Assembly: GCA_945865755.1 (NCBI GenBank)
Contig: CAMBFS010000002.1
Coordinates: 355 to 64,354 of the forward strand
Length of the DNA: 64,000 bases
Reading direction: 5' to 3'
Origin: Klebsiella pneumoniae
Lineage (GTDB): Bacteria > Desulfobacterota > Binatia > Bin18
Position 1 is the first letter of the stretch. Each line of letters begins with the position of its first letter. A program made the position numbers and the translations under genes. The notes beneath the pieces were generated by a model, which saw only the letters and a program-made list of their open reading frames with translations, was not told where the DNA came from and made no database searches. Shown here piece by piece: positions 8,217 to 17,824 of this stretch.

Positions 8217-8945
8217 ATGCCGAAAATTCAGGCGGTGTTATTTGATTTTGGCGGCACTCTGTTCGATTACGAAACGGTCGCGCCAGGTGAACGTGAAAGC
8301 ATTGTTGAGCTGGCGGGCTGGGCCGGAGCAACCGGCGCACCACGAGACATTCTGCGCGCCTATCGTGGAGCACTGAAGCGCGTCTTCTATGAATACCTCC
8401 CGCGCCCCTACTATCTCCATCGCGATCTGTTTCGCGATGTGTTGCAGGCTATGGCGCGGGAGTTGAACATCTCTTTCACGGAAGAGCAGTTCGCCCGCTA
8501 TCGCCAGAGCCAATGGCAACGGCGGGAACGCGACTTTACTTTGCGTGAGGGCGTCATTGAGACACTGACTACGCTCCGTGAGCGCGGCTGTCATCTCGGC
8601 ATCGTCAGCAACATTGATGATGACCAGCTTGAGCACATGATTGAGCTGAGCGGGCTCCAGCGACACTTCGATTCCATTTTGTCGAGCGAGTACGCCCAAT
8701 CCTGCAAACCCGACAGTCGCATTTTCACGGAAGCCCTGCGGCGCGCGGACAGTCCACCAGAGGCCACATTCTTCGTCGGTGACTCACTGCAACAAGACAT
8801 TCCCGGTGCGAACCGCGCGGGGATGCAATCGGTCTTGATTTGGAGCAGTCCCGACAGCGAGCCCGCCGCCGGAGAATACCAGCCTCGTCATATCATTGGC
8901 CAGATTCCCGACTTACTGGACTTACAGCACCGCATGGGATCGTAA
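8217..8945 (+). CDS. HAD-superfamily hydrolase (subfamily IA)
   Basis: FDFGGTLFD motif I, IVSN motif II, KPD and VGDSLQQD motifs III/IV. Confidence 0.93.
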   Translation: MPKIQAVLFDFGGTLFDYETVAPGERESIVELAGWAGATGAPRDILRAYRGALKRVFYEYLPRPYYLHRDLFRDVLQAMARELNISFTEEQFARYRQSQWQRRERDFTLREGVIETLTTLRERGCHLGIVSNIDDDQLEHMIELSGLQRHFDSILSSEYAQSCKPDSRIFTEALRRADSPPEATFFVGDSLQQDIPGANRAGMQSVLIWSSPDSEPAAGEYQPRHIIGQIPDLLDLQHRMGS

Positions 8946-8986
8946 CCCACAACTCGAAACCCGAAACCAAGAGAAGGAGGAGTAGC

Positions 8987-9376
8987 ATGAGTGCAGCAAA
9001 CGAAAAAACGGTGACGGATTTTTGCAATTCACTACTGAGCCGCGACATGAACACGCTGGTGTCGTATCTAAGCGAGGATGTGTTCTACCACAACATGCCG
9101 TGGCAGCCGGTGCATGGGCATGCGGGAGTGCGGCAAGCGCTGACCGCGTTTGTCGAGGGACCAAAGATTTCGCTGGAGAAGATGGACATTCCGCACACCA
9201 CTTCGGCGGGTGACGTGGTGATGAATGAACGCCTGGAGCACTGGGCGGCGGGTGCGGTGAAAGTCAAACTGCCGGTCCTCGGTGTTTTCACGTTCAACGA
9301 CAAAGGCAAGATTTCCCGCTGGTGCGATTACTTCGACGCGAAGACCATCGCGCCGCTGATGGATGTGCTGAAGTAA
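8987..9376 (+). CDS. Limonene-1,2-epoxide hydrolase-like (SnoaL/NTF2 fold) protein
   Basis: AAGGAGG SD before ATG 8987; YHNMP, VMNER, LPVLGVF, WCDYFD motifs. Confidence 0.85.
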   Translation: MSAANEKTVTDFCNSLLSRDMNTLVSYLSEDVFYHNMPWQPVHGHAGVRQALTAFVEGPKISLEKMDIPHTTSAGDVVMNERLEHWAAGAVKVKLPVLGVFTFNDKGKISRWCDYFDAKTIAPLMDVLK

Positions 9377-9503
9377 TCAGCGTAGATTGTCCCCCGCTTT
9401 TCGGCTCTGCTCAGAACAAAGGGCGGATGATTATCCGCCCTTTGTCTACTCAAGAGAGCCAACCTGTGCGGATGAGCGTACAGAACATGAGATGTCATCT
9501 TTC

Positions 9504-9962
9504 TCAGTTGGGCTTCTCATTTTCTGTCTTCCTCAGCACCAATGTTGCCTTTGCTGCCAGCTCCTGTGCTCGTGACATCCAGACATGCTTCTCTAGAGGC
9601 CAATTCACGATGTTTCCATGCCGTGGGGGTGGTTCCCGCGATTCTACTTGAAGTCCACTATCACTAACATCCGCAACGACAAGATTTGCTCTCGCATAAA
9701 GTTCTTTTTTGCGCGGCTGAGCAACATAGACATCCCCCAGCTTCCATATCTTCTCTTCCCCCATTCCTTGTATACGGAAGATGGACGTTTTGTGATCGCG
9801 GGGAGCTGGGTGGAATGCTCGCGGCTTTACTCGACCCGAGGTGTTGTAGTCTCCACTTTGCAGGAGATAACGGCTTATGCCCTCGCTAGGAACAACTTGG
9901 GTTCCCAGACGAGGCAAGGAGACGCGAAAGACAATCCGAGATAACCAATGGGAGAGCTTCAT
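9504..9962 (-). CDS. Conserved hypothetical protein, putative ART-like toxin of the TIGR04255 cassette
   Basis: Third gene of a coupled triad; SRY...VKPRAF...TSIFR...RHGNI pattern. Start uncertain (9962, 9980 or 9998). Confidence 0.6.
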   Translation of the reverse strand: MKLSHWLSRIVFRVSLPRLGTQVVPSEGISRYLLQSGDYNTSGRVKPRAFHPAPRDHKTSIFRIQGMGEEKIWKLGDVYVAQPRKKELYARANLVVADVSDSGLQVESREPPPRHGNIVNWPLEKHVWMSRAQELAAKATLVLRKTENEKPN

Positions 9963-10407
9963 GAATATGGTCGGTTCCATGTGTTTTCGTATAACCAATT
10001 AAGGCAGCAAAGGTTAGGGTCCCATCCCTTCCAACGCTCACTGAAAAGATCCGGCGGCGTCCCAGGTCCCATTCAAATAAAATTTCTCCATCCTTATCGG
10101 CAACTATTTCAGGAACAGGGACAGGACTTGGAAGGAGCCTAAGAAACTGGCCTGCATAAGCGTAAGTATTCGGCTCAACGGCATTAGCTCCTTCTCCATC
10201 CCAATCATCGACCTGGGCTCTCAGATACTCGGCATTGAGGGCTTCCTGAGCACTGCGCTTCGGTTCTCCAATCGTCATGCTGCCAGCAAACTCCGAGGCC
10301 TCATCGGTGAGTCGGCCAAGAGATCGAGCTTCCTCACTGAGAGCACGATCGGTCCGGGGGTGAAAAGCAAAACCTACCGTAGATAAAGTAGCAAGCGCAA
10401 CAGTCAT
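9886..10407 (-). CDS. Conserved hypothetical protein, putative antitoxin of the TIGR04255 cassette
   Basis: ATGA-coupled to the upstream gene; DDWDGEGA..., FLRLLP...PEI..D.DGEI.FEW pattern. Confidence 0.7.
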   Translation of the reverse strand: MTVALATLSTVGFAFHPRTDRALSEEARSLGRLTDEASEFAGSMTIGEPKRSAQEALNAEYLRAQVDDWDGEGANAVEPNTYAYAGQFLRLLPSPVPVPEIVADKDGEILFEWDLGRRRIFSVSVGRDGTLTFAALIGYTKTHGTDHIHEALPLVISDCLSRLLASSGNPSCS

Positions 10408-11150
10408 TCGAATTGCCTCAAAGCCTCTTCAGTAAGGCTACTGAAGAAAATGCGGTTTTTGAAGTCTCTCAAGCGATGGAATGTTTCTTCAACAGCTAGG
10501 GCGTCTGTGGCAAAAGAGCTCTCCTTGAAGGTATCAATATCTAAAATGACGGCCTGTTGTCGCTCACTCACCTTCACTTCCAGCGCCTGAGTGATGTGCG
10601 CAGCGATGTCCATGTCACGATCGTGAATTGTTAGTCTCGTGAGGAAATTGCTAACGAATTGGGGTAACTCTGACGGGATTACAGGCGCAGACCGTAAATA
10701 GGTCTCAAATGAAATCTCCCCCAAAGGTAAGGGAATACGATTGATATATCGGAGAGCGAGTCGAATAATCCCCTCTGGCTGTGCAACTGCGGAATAGCGC
10801 TGCCACAGTTCGAGAACGAGCGGAAACAATTCTTGCCAACTCGTATACGGACGGAGCCAATTGAAGGTAAACCCATCTACTCGAAATTGTGCGACCATTC
10901 GTTCATCAGCAGCTTTAAAAAAGTACCCTTGCATCCCAAGATCTTGAACAACAGGAGGCTGGAATCGCTGCGCATCGACTTTGATGAGGGCCTGGGCCAT
11001 ACGTCGAGGTTCCATCTTCGGAAAGCGACTGGCAAGCTGAGACTGCAAGGAGGCAAATTCCTCACAACGAAATCCAGATCGTGCCTTGACACGAAAATCG
11101 AAAATAGCTTCGGTAATTGGTGCGTTCCGGAGAGGTCGTGGGGCTGGCAT
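10404..11150 (-). CDS. TIGR04255 family protein
   Basis: N-terminal PLRNAPITEAIFDFR, IIRLALRYINRI, C-terminal ILDID and LRDFKNRIFF are the family signature as I recall it. Confidence 0.85.
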   Translation of the reverse strand: MPAPRPLRNAPITEAIFDFRVKARSGFRCEEFASLQSQLASRFPKMEPRRMAQALIKVDAQRFQPPVVQDLGMQGYFFKAADERMVAQFRVDGFTFNWLRPYTSWQELFPLVLELWQRYSAVAQPEGIIRLALRYINRIPLPLGEISFETYLRSAPVIPSELPQFVSNFLTRLTIHDRDMDIAAHITQALEVKVSERQQAVILDIDTFKESSFATDALAVEETFHRLRDFKNRIFFSSLTEEALRQFE

Positions 11151-11343
11151 ATCGTTTCTTTATTTCCCACCAGACAATTCGGTCAGCCTAATAGATAATG
11201 TGGTTCCCGCGAACAAGGGCAACTTACCCGGCCTCACTTATTTAGACGTCGGCAAGTTCTGTGGTGTCCTTAATGTCTTCCTATCCTTCTCTTGTCAAGT
11301 TCGTGGTTGATTTCAGGAATCATCACTAGACTACTCGTATAAC

Positions 11344-12363
11344 TCACCGCCGATACTCATCTCCACAATCCCCAATCACTTTGTACAAATCCCGCGACTT
11401 ATGCAGGACCGTTTCGATGCGGGACCGATCCTCAGCATCAAGTGAGCACGTGAACGTGCGCGCGCTGTCCGTGCGGTGTTCCGCGAGGCCCAGTCGCGTG
11501 CCGACAATCACTCCGGCCACCGCTGGACGATCAAGGATGTACCGCACGCCGACATTGGCGATACTCACATGGTGTTTGTCCGCTGTCTGTTTGAGCGCGG
11601 CGAGCAGCTCTTGAAACAGCGGCCACCCGCCCCACGAGTCAATCATCATCTTGTATTTTTCCAGACTGACGGTATTGAGCACGCGGCTTCTGGGTTCGGG
11701 CTGTCCCAGATATTTCTCTGACAACAAGCCCCCACAGACGGTTCCGTAGGTGAGTAACGTAATGTTATGCGCACGACAGAAGGGGATCATGACAATTTCC
11801 GGGCGCTGATCGACCAGTGAGCACTGCACCTGATTCGATACAATACGAATGCCGTGGTCAGTAATGATCTTGAGGTGTTCGGTATCGAAATTGGTCAGCG
11901 CGAGATGGCGGATTTTGCCCTCGCTTTGGAGATCGGCGAGATGTTTCAGGGCCTCCAGATAGCCAGAATCGTCGTAATCCCACCAATGAAATTGCAGCAG
12001 GTCGAGCGTCGGGACATCCATGCGCCGGAGCGACACCGCCACGGCCTGCTCCACAAGTTTGCGGGTCATACGTCCTGGTCGTGGCACCCATTTAGTGAAG
12101 GCTTGGACCTGGTCCCAGGCCGCTGGCCCTCGTGTGGCAAGCATCTGGCGACGAAACTCACCGAGGAAGTCCTCGGCTGGTCCGTAGTGATCCGCCAAGT
12201 CCCAAGTCGTGAACCCGGCATCGACATAGTCGAACATCTCGCGCACCGCGGCTTTCGGGTCAATGCGCCCGTGGCCACCGGACACTTGCCACAAGCCATT
12301 GAGAATGCGGCAAATACGCAAGTCAGGGGTGAATTGGAATGAGCTTTCTGGCGGGAGAGGCAT
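11344..12363 (-). CDS. Aldo/keto reductase
   Basis: GLWQVSGG, TTWDLADHYGPAE, FTKW, LDLLQFHWW, LTNFD, SNQVQ motifs. Confidence 0.93.
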   Translation of the reverse strand: MPLPPESSFQFTPDLRICRILNGLWQVSGGHGRIDPKAAVREMFDYVDAGFTTWDLADHYGPAEDFLGEFRRQMLATRGPAAWDQVQAFTKWVPRPGRMTRKLVEQAVAVSLRRMDVPTLDLLQFHWWDYDDSGYLEALKHLADLQSEGKIRHLALTNFDTEHLKIITDHGIRIVSNQVQCSLVDQRPEIVMIPFCRAHNITLLTYGTVCGGLLSEKYLGQPEPRSRVLNTVSLEKYKMMIDSWGGWPLFQELLAALKQTADKHHVSIANVGVRYILDRPAVAGVIVGTRLGLAEHRTDSARTFTCSLDAEDRSRIETVLHKSRDLYKVIGDCGDEYRR

Positions 12364-12547
12364 GCGCGGCTCCTTTGCGGTTATGGTGTGGGACAGAGGA
12401 AAATCCTTTCCCCTCTACTCCCGGTCGGCGCGCGACGCAAGGAGATTGCACCTCAAATAGATTAGGGATGGCCGAGGACTCAGTCCACAGTGTTGACACC
12501 CCAACCCGAACAATGCCAGACTCGCCACACGAAAAAGGAGGCGCGCC

Positions 12548-13636
12548 ATGCCAGAGACGGCCACGCTACGATCCCAACGCATTGAAGTCCAAGAAGACGA
12601 TCCGATTGAAGTCCTCTACTCCCGTGGGCTCACCGACGGGTTGCCCGTGGTGCCCCCCACCGAAGCGCGGGTGAAACGCATGCTCGCGGCGACCACCCGC
12701 GACCCACAAGAATTGCTCGGCACCATTGGCCCCAACTATGGTCGCGCCACTGTGGAAAAAATCGCCATCAACGCCGTAATGGCCGGCTGCCATCCCTCCT
12801 ACTTCCCGACGGTGCTCGCGGTCGTCGAAGCGGGTTGTGAGGAGCAGTTCTGTTTGCACGGCATCAACGTCACCACCTTCTCGGCCTCGCCGATGATTAT
12901 TATCAACGGCCCGATTCGCCAACAGATTGGCGTCAATTGTGGCCATAATGCCCTCGGCCACGGCTTCCGCGCGAATGCCACCATTGGCCGTGCGCTCCGC
13001 CTGATGATTATCAACATTGGTGGGGCCAAGCCGCACGAGATCACCAAGGCGACGATGGGCCATCCCGCGCAGTACACCTTTTGTGTTGGTGAGAATGAAG
13101 AAGAGAGTCCGTGGGAACCACTGCATGTGGAAAAAGGATTCCGTGCCGAACAAAGTACGGTAACGTTGTTCGCCGGGCACTCCCCTCTACAAATCAACGA
13201 CCATGCCAGCCGTAGCGCCGAACAGTTGGCCCTCTCACTAGGGTGGACAATGGCGGGGTTATGGAACCATAAAAACTTCCCGCTGTTCTCGGATACGGTT
13301 CTTGTGGTCTGCCCCGAACATGCCAAAACGTTTCAGCAAGATGGCTGGTCGAAAAACGATCTACGGCAGTTTCTGTGGGAAGAGATTCGCCGCCCCTTGC
13401 GGGAACTACGGCCTGGGGTGAACGGAGGCGAAGGGGCTGGGGTCAGTATGCTGCGCACCGAAAAAAAAGACCGCGAACCGGCGACGGATGACACGCTCTA
13501 TCCCAAATTCGCCAACCCGGAGAACATCGTCATCATCGTCGCGGGCGGTACGGCGGGTCGATTTTCCGCCGCCGTCCAAGGCTGGGCAGGCGGTGACGCG
13601 GGGAGTAGAATCACGACCAAGGAAATTCGTTCGTAA
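12548..13636 (+). CDS. Conserved hypothetical protein, habitual partner of UGSC-family proteins
   Basis: TDGLPVVPPT...V..ML, ATVEKIAINAVMAGC, RANATIGRALRL, FCVGENEEESPW, PEHA motifs; AAGGAGG SD. Confidence 0.85.
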   Translation: MPETATLRSQRIEVQEDDPIEVLYSRGLTDGLPVVPPTEARVKRMLAATTRDPQELLGTIGPNYGRATVEKIAINAVMAGCHPSYFPTVLAVVEAGCEEQFCLHGINVTTFSASPMIIINGPIRQQIGVNCGHNALGHGFRANATIGRALRLMIINIGGAKPHEITKATMGHPAQYTFCVGENEEESPWEPLHVEKGFRAEQSTVTLFAGHSPLQINDHASRSAEQLALSLGWTMAGLWNHKNFPLFSDTVLVVCPEHAKTFQQDGWSKNDLRQFLWEEIRRPLRELRPGVNGGEGAGVSMLRTEKKDREPATDDTLYPKFANPENIVIIVAGGTAGRFSAAVQGWAGGDAGSRITTKEIRS

Positions 13637-13658
13637 ATGTTATTTAAGGAGGTCTGCC

Positions 13659-14204
13659 ATGGGAGAGATGTTTCTTGACCCCACCGACAAGGTGGAACGC
13701 GCCCAGAAAGTGTTCGCGCCTCGGCTCGACACGCTCTCTGGAACAACGATTGGCCTACTCGACATCAGCAAGTCGAAAGGGGTCTTCTTCCTCGATCGCG
13801 TGGAAGAGGTGCTCCGTCAGCAGTATGGCGTCAAAGAGGTACTCCGACGCATGAAACCAACGGTGGCGCGCCCCGCGCCCGAAGCGATCAGAATCGAGCT
13901 CCGGGAGAAATGCGACGCCATCATCGAAGCCCTCAGCGATTGAGGGGGCTGCATTTCGTGCAGTTCGCACGATGTCGTCTACTTTGAAGAGCAAGGCATT
14001 CCGACCGCCAATGTCACCACCACCGAATTCATCGGTGCGGCCCGCGCCCAATGCACGGCGCTCGGCATGGCCCAGTATGAACCGATCCTGGTCGCGCACC
14101 CGATTCAGCCGAAGACCAAGGACGAAGTCCGCGCCCTGGCCGATCAGGTGATCGATCAGATCATCTCGAAACTGCTGGTACAAAAAGCGCAGCAGGCGGC
14201 GTAG
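13659..14204 (+). CDS. UGSC-family selenoprotein (Sec at TGA 13941-13943, codon 95; 181 aa)
   Basis: The frame stays open past TGA: EALSD-U-GGCISCSSHD...GIPT...EF...HPI until TAG 14202-14204. AAGGAGG SD before ATG 13659. No separate SD or start for the downstream half. Confidence 0.85.
13946..13966 (+). promoter_or_regulatory. Candidate SECIS-like hairpin immediately 3' of the UGA
   Basis: GGGCTGCA-TTTCG-TGCAGTTC forms an 8-bp stem with two G-U pairs. It sits closer to the UGA than the E. coli-type SECIS. Confidence 0.35.
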
Positions 14205-14231
14205 TAGTCCGTCATGTCGATTTTGAAGGGT

Positions 14232-14308
14232 TGTCATTGCGAGCAAAGCGAAGCAATCTTTGCCTGGAAAAGAGATTGCTTCGTCGCCTGCGGCTCCTCG
14301 CAATGACA
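14232..14308. repeat. Palindromic element TGTCATTGCGAG...GAAGCAATCT...AGATTGCTTC...CTCGCAATGACA
   Basis: Nested inverted repeats; the same core occurs inside the MITE at 4568-4639. Confidence 0.85.
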
Positions 14309-14402
14309 GGTTCTTTCTGGTTTCTAGACACACTCTCAGTGAGGGCTCCAGGCGAGAAGGAGCCTTTCTTATTTTTCTCCGGGAAGAAAGGAGTTTGTAC
14401 CC

Positions 14403-15791
14403 ATGCAGGTCGCGCCTTTACCACTAGTCGAGCCCTCGTCACCACTCACCCCCAGCCTTCCACCCGGCCCACGACAGTGGCCAGTCGTCCAACTGTTGCG
14501 GTGGATTCGGCAGCCCATTCCCTTCATGCAAGAATGCGCTCAGCGGTTTGGCGACTGTTTCACCGTGCGCTTTCCCATCGCCGGCCAACGGATTGTCTTC
14601 TTCTCCGACCCCGGCGCGATCAAGGAGATTTTCACGGGCGACGCGGAGAATTTTCGCGCCGGCGAGGCCAACGCTATTGTTCGGCCCATCTTGGGCAATT
14701 ACTCAGTATTAGTCCTCGACGGTGCCCAGCATGCGCGCGAGCGGCGGATTATGATGCCACCGTTTCATGGCGAGCGTATGCAAGTCTATGCTGAGCAGAT
14801 GCGGGCCATCGCTGACCGTTCCATTGATACCTGGCCGCTCAACACCCCTTTTCCGATCCATACCTTCATGCAAGGGATCACGCTTGATGTCATCCTCCGC
14901 ACGGTGTTCGGTCTTGATGAAAGCGACACCCTCGCCCAACTGCGAGACTGCTTGATTCGCCTGCTCTCGAACGCGGCGCAGCCCTTTCTCTTATTGCCGT
15001 GGTTGCAGATTGATCTTGGCCGGTATTCTCCGTGGGGCAAACAGGTTCGCCTCAAGAAAGAGATTGATGGTTTATTGTTCGCCATCTTTGCCCAACGGCG
15101 CGCGGAAGGCGCGGCGGGACGACAAGATATATTGACGATGTTGCTCGACGCTCGCTATGAGGACGGACAGCCGCTGAGCGACCAACACCTGCGCGATGAG
15201 ATGTTAACCTTGCTGATCGCCGGGCATGAAACCACCGCGACCTCATTGGCGTGGATCTGCTCGCGGATTCTGCCGCGTCCTGACGTGATGGAGAAACTGC
15301 GAACGGAATTACAGGCCGTCGTGGGCACTGGTCCAGTGACGCCGAAGCATATCAACCAACTCGAATATCTGGATGCGACCATCAAGGAGACCGCGCGGCT
15401 GAATCCCATCGTGCCGCTGGTGGGGCGTCGGTTACAGACGCCGACCCGCATTGGCGGACGAGACTTGCCAGCGGGTGTCGCGGCCGCGCCATGTATCTAC
15501 CTGACGCATCGTCGCCCGGACCTCTGGCCGGAGCCGGAGCAGTTCAATCCCGACCGCTTCCTGGGCAAGAAACCCAGCCCGTATGAATTTTTCCCCTTTG
15601 GTGGCGGCGTGCGGTACTGTCTTGGTGCCGCCTTCGCCACGTATGAGATGAAGATGGTGCTCGCGCAGACGCTGCTGCGCACGGAGTTGCATCTCGCGCC
15701 GGGCTATAGTCCGAAGATGGTGCGCCGTGGGATCACGTTCGCGCCAGCGGCAGGGGTGCCGGTGGTGATGACCGGGAGACACGGACATTGA
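14403..15791 (+). CDS. Cytochrome P450
   Basis: AGHETT I-helix, ETAR (ExxR), FGGGVRYCLG heme-binding Cys. Confidence 0.96.
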   Translation: MQVAPLPLVEPSSPLTPSLPPGPRQWPVVQLLRWIRQPIPFMQECAQRFGDCFTVRFPIAGQRIVFFSDPGAIKEIFTGDAENFRAGEANAIVRPILGNYSVLVLDGAQHARERRIMMPPFHGERMQVYAEQMRAIADRSIDTWPLNTPFPIHTFMQGITLDVILRTVFGLDESDTLAQLRDCLIRLLSNAAQPFLLLPWLQIDLGRYSPWGKQVRLKKEIDGLLFAIFAQRRAEGAAGRQDILTMLLDARYEDGQPLSDQHLRDEMLTLLIAGHETTATSLAWICSRILPRPDVMEKLRTELQAVVGTGPVTPKHINQLEYLDATIKETARLNPIVPLVGRRLQTPTRIGGRDLPAGVAAAPCIYLTHRRPDLWPEPEQFNPDRFLGKKPSPYEFFPFGGGVRYCLGAAFATYEMKMVLAQTLLRTELHLAPGYSPKMVRRGITFAPAAGVPVVMTGRHGH

Positions 15792-15859
15792 GGCATCGGG
15801 GCATTGGGTCGGTGGCGCAATGCTGTCTTCGTCAAACGGGAGCCTACATCCGCGCTCTT

Positions 15860-17500
15860 CTATACCGCATGCCCTGGCTCCCGTCTCCCCGCCAACACCG
15901 CGCGGGCCGCGCGCACTCCATGCGCGAAGGCTTCCTCGAACAGCGCGACACCACTCAAATCGGTATGCGCGAAGTGAATGTTCCGAAACGGGACCGATGC
16001 CTGGCGCCGCCCCGCGCTCCAGATAAAACCGGGGCGAGGTTGGATCATCGCATGCCCCCACCGCATGATGTCCATTCGCTCCACAAGCGCGCGCATATCA
16101 GGATGAGGCCGCCGCAAGTCCGTCAGCACAACGTCAGCGCAACTTTGCCAATCCATACCGAGGAGCTTTTTCCGCGCTGTCCGGCCATCCACTTCACAAA
16201 GTGGATAATAGTAGGTCAGGATCGTCGGTCCGTGACTGATGCCACGTTGGTGCGTGCTCGTGACATATCCCAACGACGGACTGTCATAGATCACATTATC
16301 CCAGGCCGGGGGAAAGCCGCGGTTCGTTGGGCGGTCGCGTAAGAAGAGGTTCGCCACCAGCCAGGACCCGTACTCAAATGCGCCGAGATGTGATGGTGGA
16401 TGCTCGCGATAGGGGTGAATCAGGTGCCGCGCTAAAAACTGGGGCGCGGCGAAAATGACCGCCTCGGCGTGAAACCCGACCGCGGTCTGTGTCGCTGAGT
16501 CCAACGCGATCACGTCCACCTGCCGAGGCGGATCCGCGGTATCTGGCAGGATGTCCACCGCAGCCAGTCCCAACCGCACCTGGGCGCGGACCTTGTCGTG
16601 GAGATACGCGACGAAGCGCCCGTTCCCTTCCGGCCACGTAATAAAAGGCTGAGCGGTGTCGCCGGGATGGCGAATCCGCGACGCAAAATAAAACAGACCC
16701 GCCCATGCGCTCGTTTGCTCAAGGGTCAGCCCATAGTCATCACGACAGGCATAATTGATGAACCAGCGCAGGCGTGGCGAGTGCCAGCCGTGTCGGCTGA
16801 GCCATTCACTCATGGTGATGCTATCGAGCGAAGTGACCTCGGTATCATCCGAACAAGTTGCCAAGGGGAGAGCGAAGGCGCGTCGCCCTCGGGTGTCGCG
16901 CCAGGCTACCCAGCGATTGATCTCCGCGTCAAAGGCATGGAGCTGGGCGAGGTCGTCGGGACTGGCACCGGCGTACAAATAGAGTCCTTCGTACCACCGT
17001 CCACGATAAAAGACTCGCTCTTGAGGATCGCGACACAAGTGTTGCTCGGCGATGATCGGTTCTCCATCGCTTGCCCGACCTTCGACCACGCCCATCTCTT
17101 CAAGAAACGCCAGCAATTCGCCGTTTTCTTGGTGAGGGACGGGAAGATAATGGGCACCCCACGGGTGGGACCCCAAGGACGACGTACCACTCCGCGCCGT
17201 GCCACCGGGAGCACGTTCGAGTTCGAGGACAACGAAGTCGTCACATCCGGCTTTGTGCAACTGCCACGCGGCGGTCAGCCCAGCGATGCCCGCGCCGATA
17301 ATCACCACCCGCACTCGTTGCCACTGGTCGGCCGTGGGTTGCACACGCAGGCCATCGCGAATGCGGTGGCCGATGGTGTCGGACATTCCGACGATTGAGC
17401 CGCTGAAAGTGGGCGCGGCGGGTTGGCTCTGGCACGCGGCGAGTGCCGCCGGAAGGCCGAGGAATGCGGTGAGAATTTCGCGTCGTGTGAAGCGTATCAT
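15860..17500 (-). CDS. FAD-dependent amine-oxidase-like oxidoreductase with Tat-lipoprotein-like N-terminus
   Basis: TRREIL twin-Arg plus LAAC lipobox; IIGAGIAGLTAA Rossmann motif; GGTARS, WGAHY, RWGHAM, FAHTDLSG..LFEEA. Confidence 0.88.
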   Translation of the reverse strand: MIRFTRREILTAFLGLPAALAACQSQPAAPTFSGSIVGMSDTIGHRIRDGLRVQPTADQWQRVRVVIIGAGIAGLTAAWQLHKAGCDDFVVLELERAPGGTARSGTSSLGSHPWGAHYLPVPHQENGELLAFLEEMGVVEGRASDGEPIIAEQHLCRDPQERVFYRGRWYEGLYLYAGASPDDLAQLHAFDAEINRWVAWRDTRGRRAFALPLATCSDDTEVTSLDSITMSEWLSRHGWHSPRLRWFINYACRDDYGLTLEQTSAWAGLFYFASRIRHPGDTAQPFITWPEGNGRFVAYLHDKVRAQVRLGLAAVDILPDTADPPRQVDVIALDSATQTAVGFHAEAVIFAAPQFLARHLIHPYREHPPSHLGAFEYGSWLVANLFLRDRPTNRGFPPAWDNVIYDSPSLGYVTSTHQRGISHGPTILTYYYPLCEVDGRTARKKLLGMDWQSCADVVLTDLRRPHPDMRALVERMDIMRWGHAMIQPRPGFIWSAGRRQASVPFRNIHFAHTDLSGVALFEEAFAHGVRAARAVLAGRREPGHAV

Positions 17501-17581
17501 TGGCGAAGGCCGTTCGGAGTCGGAAAGTCTTGTCTCCGATTCTCCGTTTCCTTCCGCCTTCAGGCTACCCGCTTCGTGAGC

Positions 17582-17824
17582 CTACCGAGAGGACGGCTGG
17601 CTCGCTTTGTCATGCAGTCGATCCAGTTTGTCGAGGATGCGTAACCCGGCTTTTGGCGATCCCCGCGAGGCAAGGGCGTGAAAGCGCATTTCCGTGTCAT
17701 ACTCCACCAGCGCGATCGTCGATAACTCATCCATCAGTCGATTCAGGCTGATCCCACGTTGACGAGCGAGCTCGCGTAAGCGGGTATGTTTCTCTTCTGG
17801 CAAGCGGATCGTTAAGGTTGACAT
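17582..17824 (-). CDS. Ribbon-helix-helix antitoxin
   Basis: MSTLTIRLPEEKH..L..LA..RGISLN RHH pattern; TAATG coupling to the PIN gene. Confidence 0.85.
   Translation of the reverse strand: MSTLTIRLPEEKHTRLRELARQRGISLNRLMDELSTIALVEYDTEMRFHALASRGSPKAGLRILDKLDRLHDKASQPSSR

Noticed and set aside
12493-12522. TTGACA-N18-CAGACT promoter for the UGSC module
   Set aside because: The -10 match is weak and the spacing off-optimal, so it is not supportable without TSS data.
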